Part shown: positions 1 to 10,118 of the stretch, piece by piece
How the letters are laid out: every line of letters begins with the position of its first letter
How positions within the stretch are numbered: position 1 is the first letter of the stretch
Translations under genes and position numbers: made by a program
Assembly (NCBI GenBank): GCA_963806225.1
Contig: CAWDXG010000004.1
Coordinates: 4,800,001 to 4,864,000, forward strand
Direction: 5' to 3'
Source of the DNA: an uncultured delta proteobacterium
GTDB lineage: Bacteria; Myxococcota_A; Polyangia; Polyangiales; Polyangiaceae
DNA: 64,000 bases
Notes under the pieces: generated by a model
What the model was told of the DNA's origin: nothing
The model's input: only the letters and a program-made list of their open reading frames with translations
The model's database searches: none

Positions 1-1028
1 AGATAGCGATCGGCCATCAGGTTTTCAAGCGGGAACAGCACCTGGCTGACGGGCAAGAGCGGCACGAAGAACCACAGGAAGGTGACCAGACCGAGCGGGC
101 GCTTGCGGCGCCAGAGCCAGAGCCCGGCGCCCAGCCACGCGGCGAGCAGCAGATAGCCGACCACGCCGGCGGCGCTCCAGGCGGTCCGCACGGGCACGTC
201 GTGGACGAGGCTCGAGAGCGGTGGCCAGGCGAGCTCGGCGAGATAGCGGAGCCACACCGGGCCCATGGTCATCAGCGTCGTGAGCCACGTGCCACCGGGC
301 GGCTTCTGCACCATGCCGACGAGGTGACCGACGTGGAGATCGATCGCGAGCACGCACGCGGCGCCGGCGAGCGACAGCGCATAGACCACCCAGTCGGGGC
401 GGCGCCCGGCGAGCAGATCCTCGGCGAAGAGCAGCACCGCGGCGACGACGGCCATCGATTTGGACAGCGCTGCGCACACGCAGAAAAGTGGGACGAGCCA
501 CAGCCGCTTTCGTGAGCGGCCCGCGTGGACGAAGAGCGCGGCGCTGATGAAGAGCAGCGCCAGCACGTCCTTGCGTCCGGCGAGCCAGGCGACCGATTCG
601 ACGTGCACGGGATGCAGGGCGAACACCCACGCGGTGACTTCCGCGACGCGGCGGTCGGCGAGCGTGCGGTGCAGGGCGGCGCGCAGCAGGAACACGGCGC
701 CGAGATACAGCGCGAGCTGGCTCGCGCGCAGCGCCTGGGGAACCAGGCCCCACAGGTGTGCCTCGAGCCACAGGTTCGTGTCGCGCAGGGGCAGGTACTC
801 GGCACCGAGCGTGAGGCGCGTGCCGCGCGACAGGTCGGTCCAGATGCGCGCGAGGGCGTGCCCGCCGCCGACGAGAAACGCGTTGTGCTGGATGAGCCAC
901 GGGTCGTCGAGGTTGAGGAAGCCGCCCGACAGCGAAGGCAGATAGACCAGCACCACGACCACGCCGAGAAGTGCGGGCAGGGTGCGGCCGAGGCGATCGG
1001 CGGGGCCGGCTCCAGACGAGGGCGCCAA
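1..1028 (-). CDS. GT-C/TMTC-like polytopic membrane glycosyltransferase (3' end runs off the window edge)
   Basis: Hand translation of a minus frame missing from the ORF track gives LVYLPSLSGGFLNLDDPWLI...YLPLRD...FALHPVHVESVAWLAGRKDVL...LSKSMAV...ENLMADRYL. These match the DD, HPxHxExVxW and A(D/E)RYL motifs of TMTC-like proteins. The TTG start at 1028 is approximate. Confidence 0.8.
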   Translation of the reverse strand, partial: MAPSSGAGPADRLGRTLPALLGVVVVLVYLPSLSGGFLNLDDPWLIQHNAFLVGGGHALARIWTDLSRGTRLTLGAEYLPLRDTNLWLEAHLWGLVPQALRASQLALYLGAVFLLRAALHRTLADRRVAEVTAWVFALHPVHVESVAWLAGRKDVLALLFISAALFVHAGRSRKRLWLVPLFCVCAALSKSMAVVAAVLLFAEDLLAGRRPDWVVYALSLAGAACVLAIDLHVGHLVGMVQKPPGGTWLTTLMTMGPVWLRYLAELAWPPLSSLVHDVPVRTAWSAAGVVGYLLLAAWLGAGLWLWRRKRPLGLVTFLWFFVPLLPVSQVLFPLENLMADRY

Positions 1029-1099
1029 GGTGCCGGACGATAGGGGCAAACGCCGTCCGGCGCACGCATCGCGTCGATGATGCGCTACTCTGGAGGGTG

Positions 1100-2440
1100 A
1101 TGGGCGAGCGGCGCGGCATGCTGGGGGCGGCGAGCACGGTGCTAGCGGTCGGCGGCAACGTCGTCGAGCCTCCGGAGGCGCCGACACTGCTGCGGAGCGA
1201 CGCCGCAAGCGCGCCCACGCTCGCGGCGCCGGCCAAGGCGGAGAGCGAGGCGGCGACGCTGGTCGCGCCCGCCAAGGACAGCGCTCCCGCGGCCCCGGTT
1301 CCGTCGCGCGAGCAAGCTCGCTACCGGCCGCGCGGCGTGCTGGGCGAGGGCGGCATGGGCCGTGTGGAGCTGGTGTGGGATGCCGATCTGATGCGTGACC
1401 TGGCGGTCAAGCACATGCACCCGGAGCTGTGTGCGCGGCCGCCGCTGGTCAGCCAGTTCCTCTGGGAAGCCCGCGTCAGCGCGCACCTGGATCATCCCAA
1501 CATCGTACCCGTGCACGATCTCGGGGTTTCCGGCGACGGTCAGCTGTACTTCACGATGAAGCGCGTGCGCGGCACGGCGCTCGACATGGTGGTCGAGAAG
1601 CTGGCGGCCGGCGATGCGGAGCTCGAGCGCGACCTGCCGCTGCCGCGCCGGCTGAGGTTGTTCCTGCAGCTGTGCAACGCGATCACGTTCGCGCACTCGC
1701 GCGGCATCCTGCATCGCGACCTCAAGCCGGCGAACGTGATGCTCGGCGAGCACGGCGAGGTGCTGCTGATGGACTGGGGGCTAGCTGTGCCGCTACCCGG
1801 CGACGACGGCGAGCATCTCAGGACGGTCATGCCCGAGGGCATGGTGGACAACAGCGCGGGCACGCCGGAGTACATGTCGCCCGAGCAGGCGCGCGGCGAA
1901 GCGCTGGACGTGCGCTCCGACGTGTACACGCTGGGGGTCATCCTGTACGAGCTGGTGGCGCTATGCCGCCCCTACGACGGTCCGACGCCCGGGGCGATCC
2001 TGGTGCAGGCGCTGGCGGGGCAGTATCCGCCGCTCGAGAAGAGCGCGCCCGGCATCTCGCCGTCGCTGTCGGCCGTGGTGGACAAGGCAATGGCGCTCGA
2101 CCCTGCCGATCGCTACGACTGCGTGCGCGCGCTGGCGGAGGACGTGGAAGCGGTCATCGACGGTCGCACGCCCTTCGCGGAGAACGCGTCGCTGGTGCGC
2201 CGGGCGACGCGTTTCTACGTTTCCCGCGATCCGGCGTTCGGCCAACTGCGCGTGGTCGATGTCGACCTGTGGGTGGGTTCGGGGTGGATGTTCGGCGCAG
2301 GAATGGCCCTGCTGGCGGCGCACTGGATCGAGGGCTGGGCGTGGGCCTTCATCGCGGTCGGGCTGCTGATCGGCACGTACCCGACGCTCAGGTGGATCGG
2401 CATCCGGCGACGCACCGCGCGCAGGAACGTGCACGACTGA
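1100..2440 (+). CDS. Hanks-type Ser/Thr protein kinase with C-terminal transmembrane segments
   Basis: LGEGGMGRV, AVK, HRDLKPANV, DWGLA, GTPEYMSPEQ and DVYTLG motifs; GGAGG just upstream; hydrophobic C-terminus. Confidence 0.92.
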   Translation: MGERRGMLGAASTVLAVGGNVVEPPEAPTLLRSDAASAPTLAAPAKAESEAATLVAPAKDSAPAAPVPSREQARYRPRGVLGEGGMGRVELVWDADLMRDLAVKHMHPELCARPPLVSQFLWEARVSAHLDHPNIVPVHDLGVSGDGQLYFTMKRVRGTALDMVVEKLAAGDAELERDLPLPRRLRLFLQLCNAITFAHSRGILHRDLKPANVMLGEHGEVLLMDWGLAVPLPGDDGEHLRTVMPEGMVDNSAGTPEYMSPEQARGEALDVRSDVYTLGVILYELVALCRPYDGPTPGAILVQALAGQYPPLEKSAPGISPSLSAVVDKAMALDPADRYDCVRALAEDVEAVIDGRTPFAENASLVRRATRFYVSRDPAFGQLRVVDVDLWVGSGWMFGAGMALLAAHWIEGWAWAFIAVGLLIGTYPTLRWIGIRRRTARRNVHD

Positions 2441-2478
2441 GAATTGGCAAGGGCACCCATGGAGCGTAGCCTGTATAC

Positions 2479-3795
2479 GTGCTGAAGTTCCCGATGGCGG
2501 TGTTGTTGGTGCTGTGCCTGGCACTGGGCTGCGCCTCTTCACCGTCGCAATCGGTGGCCCACAACGACCCAGGCGGCCAGGACGCGGGCGGGCCGGACTC
2601 GAGCGGAGCGTGCCAGCCCGACTGCGCGGGCAAGGTGTGCGGCCCCGACGGCTGCGGCCAGTTCTGCAACATCTGCTGGGGTGACCAGTTCTGTAGTCCG
2701 GACGGCACGCAGTGCACGGCGACCTGCAACGGCTCCTGCGCAGGCAAGGCCTGCGGCGACGACGGCTGCGGCAACCCGTGCGGTACCTGCAGCTCCTCGC
2801 AGCAGTGCGCCGCGGGCAAGTGCGTCACGGCCTGTACGCCCGATTGCAAGGGCAAGGTCTGCGGGGACGATGGTTGCGGCGGTTCGTGCGGCACCTGTCC
2901 GGGGCAGGCCTGCGTCAACGGGCAGTGCAACGCGAGCTGCACCCCGAGCTGCATCGCCAAGAGCTGCGGCCCGGACGGTTGCGGCGGCACGTGCGGCACG
3001 TGCGCCGCCGGCACGGTGTGCAACACGACTACCGGAGCCTGCCAGGCGAGCTGCACGCCGGCATGCGCAGGCAAGAGCTGTGGCTCCGACGGTTGCGGCG
3101 GGCTTTGCGGTACGTGTCCCTCGGGACAGGGCTGCAACGGCGGTCAGTGCGCGTGCAACCCGCAGTGCGGCACGAAGCAGTGCGGGTCCGACTCGTGCGG
3201 CGGCTCGTGCGGCAGCTGCGCCACCAACGAGACCTGCCAGAGCGGGTCCTGTGTCTGTGTGCCGGACTGCAGCGGCAAGCAGTGCGGAGGCGATGGGTGC
3301 GGCGGCTCGTGCGGCAGCTGCGCGGCGGGCACGACCTGCCAGAGCGGGGCGTGCGTCTGCGTTCCGGACTGCAGCGGCAAGCAGTGCGGAGGCGATGGGT
3401 GCGGCGGCTCGTGCGGCAGCTGCGGGATTGGGACGAAGTGTAGCGGTTCGACCTGCGCGTGCACTGCCGAGCTCCGGGCTCCCCAGGCACTCGCTGCGGG
3501 TGACTCGCTCAAGAGCTGCGACGGCAGGTTCCGGCTCACGATGCAGACCGACGGCAATCTCGTCCTCTACTTCGGCTCCACCGCCCTGTGGTCGGCGAAG
3601 ACCACCGGTACGCCTGCCAACGTCGCCGTGATGCAGACCGACGGCAATTTCGTGGTCTACGGCGGCAGCACCGCGTACTGGTACTCGAACACGGCGAACC
3701 ACTCCGGCGCCTTCCTGCGCGTCCAGACCGACGGGAACATGGTCATCTACCAGGGCAGCACGGTGCTGTGGTCGACGGGCACCTGCTGCCACTAG
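2479..3795 (+). CDS. Lipoprotein with Cys-rich tandem repeats and C-terminal bulb-type (GNA-like) mannose-binding lectin domain
   Basis: LALGC lipobox; about 7 CxPxCxGKxCGxDGCGGxCGxC repeats; three QxDxNxVxY sites (QTDGNLVLY, QTDGNFVVY, QTDGNMVIY). Confidence 0.88.
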   Translation: MLKFPMAVLLVLCLALGCASSPSQSVAHNDPGGQDAGGPDSSGACQPDCAGKVCGPDGCGQFCNICWGDQFCSPDGTQCTATCNGSCAGKACGDDGCGNPCGTCSSSQQCAAGKCVTACTPDCKGKVCGDDGCGGSCGTCPGQACVNGQCNASCTPSCIAKSCGPDGCGGTCGTCAAGTVCNTTTGACQASCTPACAGKSCGSDGCGGLCGTCPSGQGCNGGQCACNPQCGTKQCGSDSCGGSCGSCATNETCQSGSCVCVPDCSGKQCGGDGCGGSCGSCAAGTTCQSGACVCVPDCSGKQCGGDGCGGSCGSCGIGTKCSGSTCACTAELRAPQALAAGDSLKSCDGRFRLTMQTDGNLVLYFGSTALWSAKTTGTPANVAVMQTDGNFVVYGGSTAYWYSNTANHSGAFLRVQTDGNMVIYQGSTVLWSTGTCCH

Positions 3796-3889
3796 CCCGC
3801 CCCGGCGCAGCTCGCCGCGATCCGGCCCGCTGACCGCCTTTACGTTACGTCACTTCCAGGTAATCTGCGCGCCTTACCGGAGGAACCCC

Positions 3890-4393
3890 ATGACGATCAA
3901 GATCGGCGACCGCATCCCTGACGCAACCCTCTACGAGTCGACGGAGTTCGGCGATGCCTGTCCGCTGCCGCCCGCCAAGGTCAGCGTGGCGGAGGCCACC
4001 AAGGGCAAGCGCATCGTGCTCTTCGCCGTGCCCGGCGCCTACACGCCGACCTGCTCCGCCCAGCATCTGCCCGGCTACGTGAAGCACCTCGACGCGCTCA
4101 AGCAGAAGGGTGTCGACGAGGTCTGGTGCGTCGCCGTCAACGACGGCTTCGTGATGGCCGCCTGGGGCCGCGAGCACGACGCCAGCGGCAAGGTGCGCAT
4201 GCTCGGCGATGGCAGCGCGGAGCTCGCCGACAAGCTCGGCCTCGCGCTCGACCTGACCGGCGGCGGCATGGGCAAGCGCATGCAGCGCTTCTCGATGCTG
4301 CTCGACGACGGCGTGGTCAAGCAGCTGAACGTCGAGGAGCCGAAGAAGTTCGAGGTCAGCAACGCCGAGACGATGCTGACGCAGCTCGGCTGA
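3890..4393 (+). CDS. Peroxiredoxin (Prx5/redoxin type)
   Basis: PGAYTPTCS peroxidatic motif, VNDGFVMAAW; GGAGG RBS. Confidence 0.93.
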   Translation: MTIKIGDRIPDATLYESTEFGDACPLPPAKVSVAEATKGKRIVLFAVPGAYTPTCSAQHLPGYVKHLDALKQKGVDEVWCVAVNDGFVMAAWGREHDASGKVRMLGDGSAELADKLGLALDLTGGGMGKRMQRFSMLLDDGVVKQLNVEEPKKFEVSNAETMLTQLG

Positions 4394-4492
4394 GCTCGCG
4401 TCCAGAGCACGTCCGGGCGACGGGATAGCGCTCCCGTCGCCCGTGACGGCGTTGACGTTGCGGCAGCGGCCCTGTACGCGAAAGCCAGGGGT

Positions 4493-5602
4493 ATGGCCAT
4501 CACGCGCCGATCATGGAAACGCGCTACCGCATCGGTGGCCTGGCTTCTCGTCGCGGGTGGCTGCGGCGCGGGTGCAGGAACGAATACGGCCCCTCTCCAC
4601 GCGCCCGCGCCGGCTCCAACGAAAGACAAGGCCGCGCAGGCGGAGCACGATCGCGAGCGCTGCAAGGGCGGCGACGCCGCGAGCTGCCAGAAGGCCTGCG
4701 ACGCGGGGGACGCGCTCGGCTGCAACAGCCTGGGCCAGCTCCAGGCGAGGGGGGCGGGCGTCGCGCAGGACTACGAGCAGGCTCGGCGGTCGTTCAAGCG
4801 GGGTTGCGAGGGCGGATATGCGGACGCCTGCAACACGCTCGGGGTCCTATTTGCCAAGGGGAAGGGCGGCCCGCAGGACCAGGACCGCGCAAGACAGCTC
4901 TACCGCCGGGCATGCGATGGCAAGAGCCCGCTCGGCTGCACCAACCTCGGTGTTCTGGTCATCAGAGGCGGCGAAGCGGACAACCTCGCACGCGCGCGCC
5001 AGCTGTTCGACAAGGCGTGCGACGGGGGAAGCGCGCTCGGCTGCTACAATCTCGGCTACCTGTTCCAGAGTGGCGTGGGCGTCGCGAAGGACCTCGGCCG
5101 CGCGCAGCAGTTCTACAAGCGGGCCTGCGACGGCGACAGCGGTGCGGGTTGCTGTGCCCTCGGCTGGATGTACCAGCGAGGCGCGGGCGTGGGGCACGAC
5201 TCCGGCCGCGCGCGCAGGCTTTTCCAGCGCGCGTGCGACGCCGGGAGTGCAGCCTGCTGCTCCGATCTCGGCGACATGCTCCGCACCGGCAGCGGCGGCG
5301 CGCCGGATCCGGTGCGCGCGCGACAGCTCTACGGACGGGCGTGCGACGCCGGCATCCCGGGCGGCTGCACCAATCTCGCGGTCACCCTGGCCCAGGGCGT
5401 GGGCGGCGACCAGGACATGGCCCAGGCCCGGAAGTTCTTCGAGCGAGCCTGCGAAGACGGAGACGCGACCGCCTGCTACGACCTCGGACGCCTACTCGAA
5501 CAGGGCCAGGGCGGCGCGGCGGATCCCGAGGCCGCGCGGCGGCTGTACAGACGAGCCTGCACAGGGGGCGACGCCGACGGCTGCAAGAAGGCGGCGGAGT
5601 AG
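4493..5602 (+). CDS. Sel1-like repeat (HcpA-type, Cys-paired) lipoprotein
   Basis: Lipobox-like LVAGGC; about 7 repeats of ACxxLGxLyxxGxGxxxDxxxAxxxyxxAC. Confidence 0.9.
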   Translation: MAITRRSWKRATASVAWLLVAGGCGAGAGTNTAPLHAPAPAPTKDKAAQAEHDRERCKGGDAASCQKACDAGDALGCNSLGQLQARGAGVAQDYEQARRSFKRGCEGGYADACNTLGVLFAKGKGGPQDQDRARQLYRRACDGKSPLGCTNLGVLVIRGGEADNLARARQLFDKACDGGSALGCYNLGYLFQSGVGVAKDLGRAQQFYKRACDGDSGAGCCALGWMYQRGAGVGHDSGRARRLFQRACDAGSAACCSDLGDMLRTGSGGAPDPVRARQLYGRACDAGIPGGCTNLAVTLAQGVGGDQDMAQARKFFERACEDGDATACYDLGRLLEQGQGGAADPEAARRLYRRACTGGDADGCKKAAE

Positions 5603-5641
5603 CTATTCGAGCAGGCCGCCGTCGGGACGCGCCCGCCGCGT

Positions 5642-6304
5642 TCAGCCGCCGCCTGCGTCGCCTGGCGTCTGGGCGTCGGAGCTGGCCGCGTCGCCTGCGT
5701 CGCCCGGCGTCGTGTGGGCGTCGAAGGTGCCGGAGTCGTTGCCGGCATCCGGGTTGCACGAAGCGGGGCTGCCCGCTTCCTCGGCGAAGCCCGCGGCTGC
5801 CACGCAGCCGAGGTCGAGCGACGACGAGAGCTTCACGAACACGCCGCAGGTGTGATCGCTGCGGCAGCAGCCCGCGAGCTGGCCCAGCGACGGCGCGTCG
5901 TAGCTCGGGCAGGCGGTGTCGGCGATGCCCGGGTTGTCCCGCGCGACGCAGCCGTCGGGAGCCGCGACGTACTTCTGCGCGGGCCCGAGATCGAGGCCAC
6001 AGCTGGTGTCCTGGGTGCAGCAAGCGTGCAGCGTGGCCAGGCCGCGGAAGTCCTCCGGCTGGCACGTCGCGCTGCCACAGCTGACCGGTCCGGCTTCGCC
6101 GCCGCTGTCGTAGAGCGGCGGCGCGTCCGTGCTGGCGCCGTCGCCTGTCGAGCCCGCCGCGCCGTCGGTGGTCGCGGCGTCGCCCGGCGCGGCGTCCTTC
6201 TTCGTGTTGGCGCCGCCGTTGTTGTCGCTGGAGCAGGCGCCGACGGCGAAGGCGAGCCCTACGAGGGAAACGGCGAGCCAGCTCGCAGCCTTTGCGCGGC
6301 TCAC
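5642..6304 (-). CDS. Cys-rich lipoprotein, unknown function
   Basis: The GTG start overlaps the upstream stop (GTGA); signal peptide with AVGAC lipobox, DAG-rich linkers and a CC-containing domain. Confidence 0.7.
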   Translation of the reverse strand: MSRAKAASWLAVSLVGLAFAVGACSSDNNGGANTKKDAAPGDAATTDGAAGSTGDGASTDAPPLYDSGGEAGPVSCGSATCQPEDFRGLATLHACCTQDTSCGLDLGPAQKYVAAPDGCVARDNPGIADTACPSYDAPSLGQLAGCCRSDHTCGVFVKLSSSLDLGCVAAAGFAEEAGSPASCNPDAGNDSGTFDAHTTPGDAGDAASSDAQTPGDAGGG

Positions 6305-8877
6305 TGCTGCACCCCCGTGCTCTCGTCGGTGCCGCCGGTGCGGGGCCAGCCCGAGGTGGCGAGCGACGTGTTCGTGTTGAAGACGTACAGCCCGCCTTCG
6401 TTGGCGCCGACGGCCATGCCGCCCGGGAGGAAGAGCGGCGAGCCCCAGGGGCTGCCGCCGCCGTCCAGCGTCTTGTTCGTCCAGATGACGTGGCCCGTCT
6501 TGGCGTCGAGGGCCTGGATCTTGTCGCCGGTCAGGAGGTAGAGCTTGCCGTCGGCCCCGACCGTGGGGGAAGCGTTGCAGTTTTCGCCCAGACCGAGCTT
6601 CCACTTGATGTCGCCGGTGGCCGGATCGAGTGCGACCGCGCTGGCGTCGGGGTTCGTGCCGCACAGGTAGATCGTGCCGTCGGGGCCGACGCTCGGGTCC
6701 GACGAAGCGTCGCTGGTCAGCGGGACGTTGCCCCACCTGGGTTGGCCGTTCGGCGCGACGGCCAGGACCGCGATTGCGGTTGTCGCCCCGGGGACGTTGT
6801 CGGAGACGGTGTAGACCGTACCGTCGGGGCCGATGGCGGCGCCGCCCGACGTCTGCGGGGTCCACGAGGCGTTCCACTTGACGACACCGGCGGGCGTGAG
6901 CGCGGTCAGGGCGTTGTCATGCGGCGCGTAGATCGTGCCGTCCTTGGCGACCGCGACGTTCCACGCCTGGCCGCCGAGCGTCTTGTTCCAGACCACGCTG
7001 CCATCGGCTGTCGACAGCGACGCCACGCCCGTGTCGGTGGAGACGTACAGGGTGTTGGCGCTGGGCGACGCAAGGTTCCGCCCTGCCACTGCCGTGCTGG
7101 TCCAGCGCTCGGTGCCGTTTGCCGTGAGCGCGTAGACCTTGCCGTAGAAGTCGGTCGCGTAGATGTTGCCGTCGGCCGCCCGGAGCACGCCGAACATGAA
7201 GTTCGAACCCGTGTACGCCCACAGCTGCTTGGGCGGCGTGCTGGACATGTCGATGGCGCGGATGTCGTTGCCGACCGCCGCGTAGACCGTGCTGTTCGGG
7301 CCGAGCGCCAGGTTCGTGTCGGTGCCCGCCCCGGCCATGGTTCTTGTCGCCGCTCCCACCGGTGGCGTGTCCGTGCTCTGGGCGATGACCTTGTCGTAGT
7401 TGTAGAGATTCGCCGACCACGACTTGCCGATGAGCTTGTTCGTGGTCAGGCCAGCGTTCAGGTCGAAGCCCGCGTGCAGCTTCCAGAGCGGCTGCTGCGT
7501 GAAGTTCACGTCGTAGCTCAGGTAGCCCTCGAGGTTGAAGAAAGGCCCGGCGAGGTCGTCGACGAGCACGCTGAGCTCCGGCCCGCCGTAGCCCTTGAGC
7601 TGCGCCGTTGCGACGGGCGTCGGCCACTGCGTCGTGAAGGACTCGCTGTGCGACTTGTGGCCCGAGAAGCTCCCGTTGTCGTACGAGAAGCCGCCGTGCG
7701 CAGAGGCCGAAGCGCCGATGCCCGCAGTTACCCCCGCGGTCACCTCGCCACTCGCGCCCACCTTGATCACGAGCTTGGGAAACATGACCCACGGCACCGG
7801 ACCCGTCCAGACCGTGAACCGCGGCAGGTTCACGCTGAGGATCGGGTAGTCGGCGCTGATGCCGACGGTCGCCGCACCCTCGACGCTGAGGTTGGAGCTG
7901 ACGCCGGCGCCCACATCGAAGTAGGCGTGCTTGTGGAACTTCCAGTCGATCCAGGCCTTGAAGGTGACGCTGGGCGAGAAGCACAGCGTGCCCGTCACCT
8001 TGAGGGCGACCGTCGCTGCGCCTTTGGTGGCGGGCAGCGATGCGGTGAGCGTGGCGCATGCAGGCGAGATCAGCGTGCCGGAGTCGATCTTGGTCGAGCC
8101 GAGCACGTCGGCCGCGGAGAAGCTCTGGTTGTAGGAGAGCACGCCCTGCTGGAGGACACTGTCGAGCGAGGTCGGTTCGATCACGACCGTGGTGCCGTCG
8201 CTCGACACGACCTTGCCGAACAGGCCGTTGGGCGTCTGCTGCGTTGTGCCGAACACGACGATGTCGCCTGCCTTCCACGCCGAGGTCTCGCTCGTCGCCT
8301 TGGAGAAGGTGAGTGTGCTCTGTCCGTTGGCGTCGGTCGTGACGCTCGACAGCGCGGCGGCGGTGTCGGTGCCGGCGACCTTCGTTGCCGCCGAGATCTG
8401 CGGGGCGAGCTCCTTGTAGGTCACGTCCACCGTGGCGCCGGAGCCCTTCGCGAGCGTGACCTGCTGCGTGTCCTGCTCGGGCGCGAAGCCGATGTTCTGT
8501 TGCGTGTTTCCGTCGACGACTGCCACGGCCTCGACCGTGTAGTCGCCGGGCGGGAGCGGGACGTCGGTGCTGGCCGTGAGCTCGCGCTGCAGGTTCGCGC
8601 CACGGACGACCACCAGGGCCTTCTGGCCATTGGGCAGGCCGCCGATGTTCACGCGGAGCACGCCGGCCGCTGGGCCGGTCGGGCCACCTGCATCGGTCGG
8701 CCCCGTGCCCGCGGTGCCGCCCGCGCCGCCCGTGCCGCCTGTGCCGCCGCTGGATGAAGGCGAGGACGCCGAGTTTCCGGAGCCACAGCCGCCGAGAAGC
8801 GCAACCGAGAAGACCAACAGGAAGAAGGGGGCAAACCCGGACAGGGCCTGCCAGGGACGAGAAGCCAAAGAACGCAT
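6301..8877 (-). CDS. Large lipoprotein with C-terminal PQQ/BamB-like beta-propeller
   Basis: LLGGC lipobox, Gly/Thr linker, beta-rich middle region, repeated DGTIY / ALxxxxGxxxW motifs. Confidence 0.82.
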   Translation of the reverse strand: MRSLASRPWQALSGFAPFFLLVFSVALLGGCGSGNSASSPSSSGGTGGTGGAGGTAGTGPTDAGGPTGPAAGVLRVNIGGLPNGQKALVVVRGANLQRELTASTDVPLPPGDYTVEAVAVVDGNTQQNIGFAPEQDTQQVTLAKGSGATVDVTYKELAPQISAATKVAGTDTAAALSSVTTDANGQSTLTFSKATSETSAWKAGDIVVFGTTQQTPNGLFGKVVSSDGTTVVIEPTSLDSVLQQGVLSYNQSFSAADVLGSTKIDSGTLISPACATLTASLPATKGAATVALKVTGTLCFSPSVTFKAWIDWKFHKHAYFDVGAGVSSNLSVEGAATVGISADYPILSVNLPRFTVWTGPVPWVMFPKLVIKVGASGEVTAGVTAGIGASASAHGGFSYDNGSFSGHKSHSESFTTQWPTPVATAQLKGYGGPELSVLVDDLAGPFFNLEGYLSYDVNFTQQPLWKLHAGFDLNAGLTTNKLIGKSWSANLYNYDKVIAQSTDTPPVGAATRTMAGAGTDTNLALGPNSTVYAAVGNDIRAIDMSSTPPKQLWAYTGSNFMFGVLRAADGNIYATDFYGKVYALTANGTERWTSTAVAGRNLASPSANTLYVSTDTGVASLSTADGSVVWNKTLGGQAWNVAVAKDGTIYAPHDNALTALTPAGVVKWNASWTPQTSGGAAIGPDGTVYTVSDNVPGATTAIAVLAVAPNGQPRWGNVPLTSDASSDPSVGPDGTIYLCGTNPDASAVALDPATGDIKWKLGLGENCNASPTVGADGKLYLLTGDKIQALDAKTGHVIWTNKTLDGGGSPWGSPLFLPGGMAVGANEGGLYVFNTNTSLATSGWPRTGGTDESTGVQQ

Positions 8878-9135
8878 CGTCGCAAGGTATCCGGCGTGCC
8901 CCCCAAATGTCACCTATTTCCGATAGCTTGCGCGTCGTCCGGGGGTATGGAACAACACCCGGTTCCGCGCGCGGTGGGCGTTGGCCTGGGCCGGAGCGAC
9001 AATGCCTGGGCGCCCAGGCGACGGCGCGGGACGCATGACCTACGTCAACGCGTCGTCGCGACGTGATCGAACGTCAGTTCCACGCGGAGGTCCAACGTCA
9101 TTGTCGAACGGCTTGCGCTCCGTCAAGTCGTTCAC

Positions 9136-9154
9136 ATACGAGCGCGTATATCAT
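9136..9154 (+). promoter_or_regulatory. Possible operator palindrome adjoining a -10-like element
   Basis: ATACG-AGCG-CGTAT inverted repeat (9136-9149) abuts TATCAT (9149-9154), 7 nt before the ATG at 9162. Confidence 0.3.
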
Positions 9155-9161
9155 TTGGGGC

Positions 9162-10106
9162 ATGAAAGCTCCGCAGAAGAAGTTTGTGAGCACCTCGTTC
9201 GGCGACATCGCCTACCTCGAGACGGGTTCGGCGGATCGCCCGCCGGTGCTGTTCGTCCACGGGATCCCAACGTCGGGCTACCTGTGGCGGCACGTGCTGC
9301 GCTTTCTGCAGAACGACTTCCACTGCTACGCGCCGGACCTGATGGGCCTCGGCGACACGCGCGTCGACGTGGAGAAGACGGAGTTCCACATGGACGCGCA
9401 GGCCGACATGCTCGTCGACTTCATGCACGAGCAGGGGCACGACGAGTTCGCCATCGTGTGCCACGACCAGGGCGGAGCCGCCGCGCAGATCATCGCCGCG
9501 CGTCTGCCCGGGAAGGTCACGTGCTTCGTGCTGACCGATTGCGTCTGCTACGACAACTGGCCGGTGCCCGCGATAAGAAGGCTGCAGCGCATGGCGCAGC
9601 TGCCCGTGGTGCCGGAGGTTCTGGGGCGCCTGGGCTTCACCGAGTGGCTGGAGACGAAGACGCGGCTTTCAAGCTTCAGGAAGGGCGTGTTCGAGTCACG
9701 CAAGCTGACGGACGAGACCATCCACGAGTACCTCAGGCCGATGTCCGAAGGGCCCGAAGAGCGAAAGCGCTTCCGCAAGTTCGTGCTCGCCGGCGATGCC
9801 CGCTACACCCAGCTCGCCGTCGAGGATCTGAAGCGCTTCGACAAGCCGACGCTGGTGGTCTGGGCCGCCGACGACTTCTACCTGTCGCCTTCCTGGGGGA
9901 AGAAGCTGTTCGAGGACATTCCCGGTGCCGAGCGCTTCGAGCTGGTGCCGTTCTGCGGACACTTCTGGCAGGAAGAGCGCCCCTCGGAGTTCTCCGCCAT
10001 CATCGGCTCGTTCCTGTCGCTGCATCTGTCCGGGCGCGTCCAGCCGGTCGAGCACCAGGAACCCAAGCGGCTGCCCGTCGCCGGCGACGCGCCGAGCGCG
10101 GAGTGA
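9162..10106 (+). CDS. Alpha/beta hydrolase, haloalkane dehalogenase/epoxide hydrolase-like
   Basis: HGIP oxyanion motif, APDLMGLGDT, Asp nucleophile elbow HDQGG, C-terminal GHFWQEE. Confidence 0.88.
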   Translation: MKAPQKKFVSTSFGDIAYLETGSADRPPVLFVHGIPTSGYLWRHVLRFLQNDFHCYAPDLMGLGDTRVDVEKTEFHMDAQADMLVDFMHEQGHDEFAIVCHDQGGAAAQIIAARLPGKVTCFVLTDCVCYDNWPVPAIRRLQRMAQLPVVPEVLGRLGFTEWLETKTRLSSFRKGVFESRKLTDETIHEYLRPMSEGPEERKRFRKFVLAGDARYTQLAVEDLKRFDKPTLVVWAADDFYLSPSWGKKLFEDIPGAERFELVPFCGHFWQEERPSEFSAIIGSFLSLHLSGRVQPVEHQEPKRLPVAGDAPSAE

Positions 10107-10118
10107 TGGGAGGCGGCC

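Noticed and set aside
8880..9160. Cobalamin riboswitch upstream of the B12 radical SAM operon
   Set aside because: No recognisable B12-box or conserved GGGAA/GCCACTG elements seen; an Rfam scan would be decisive.
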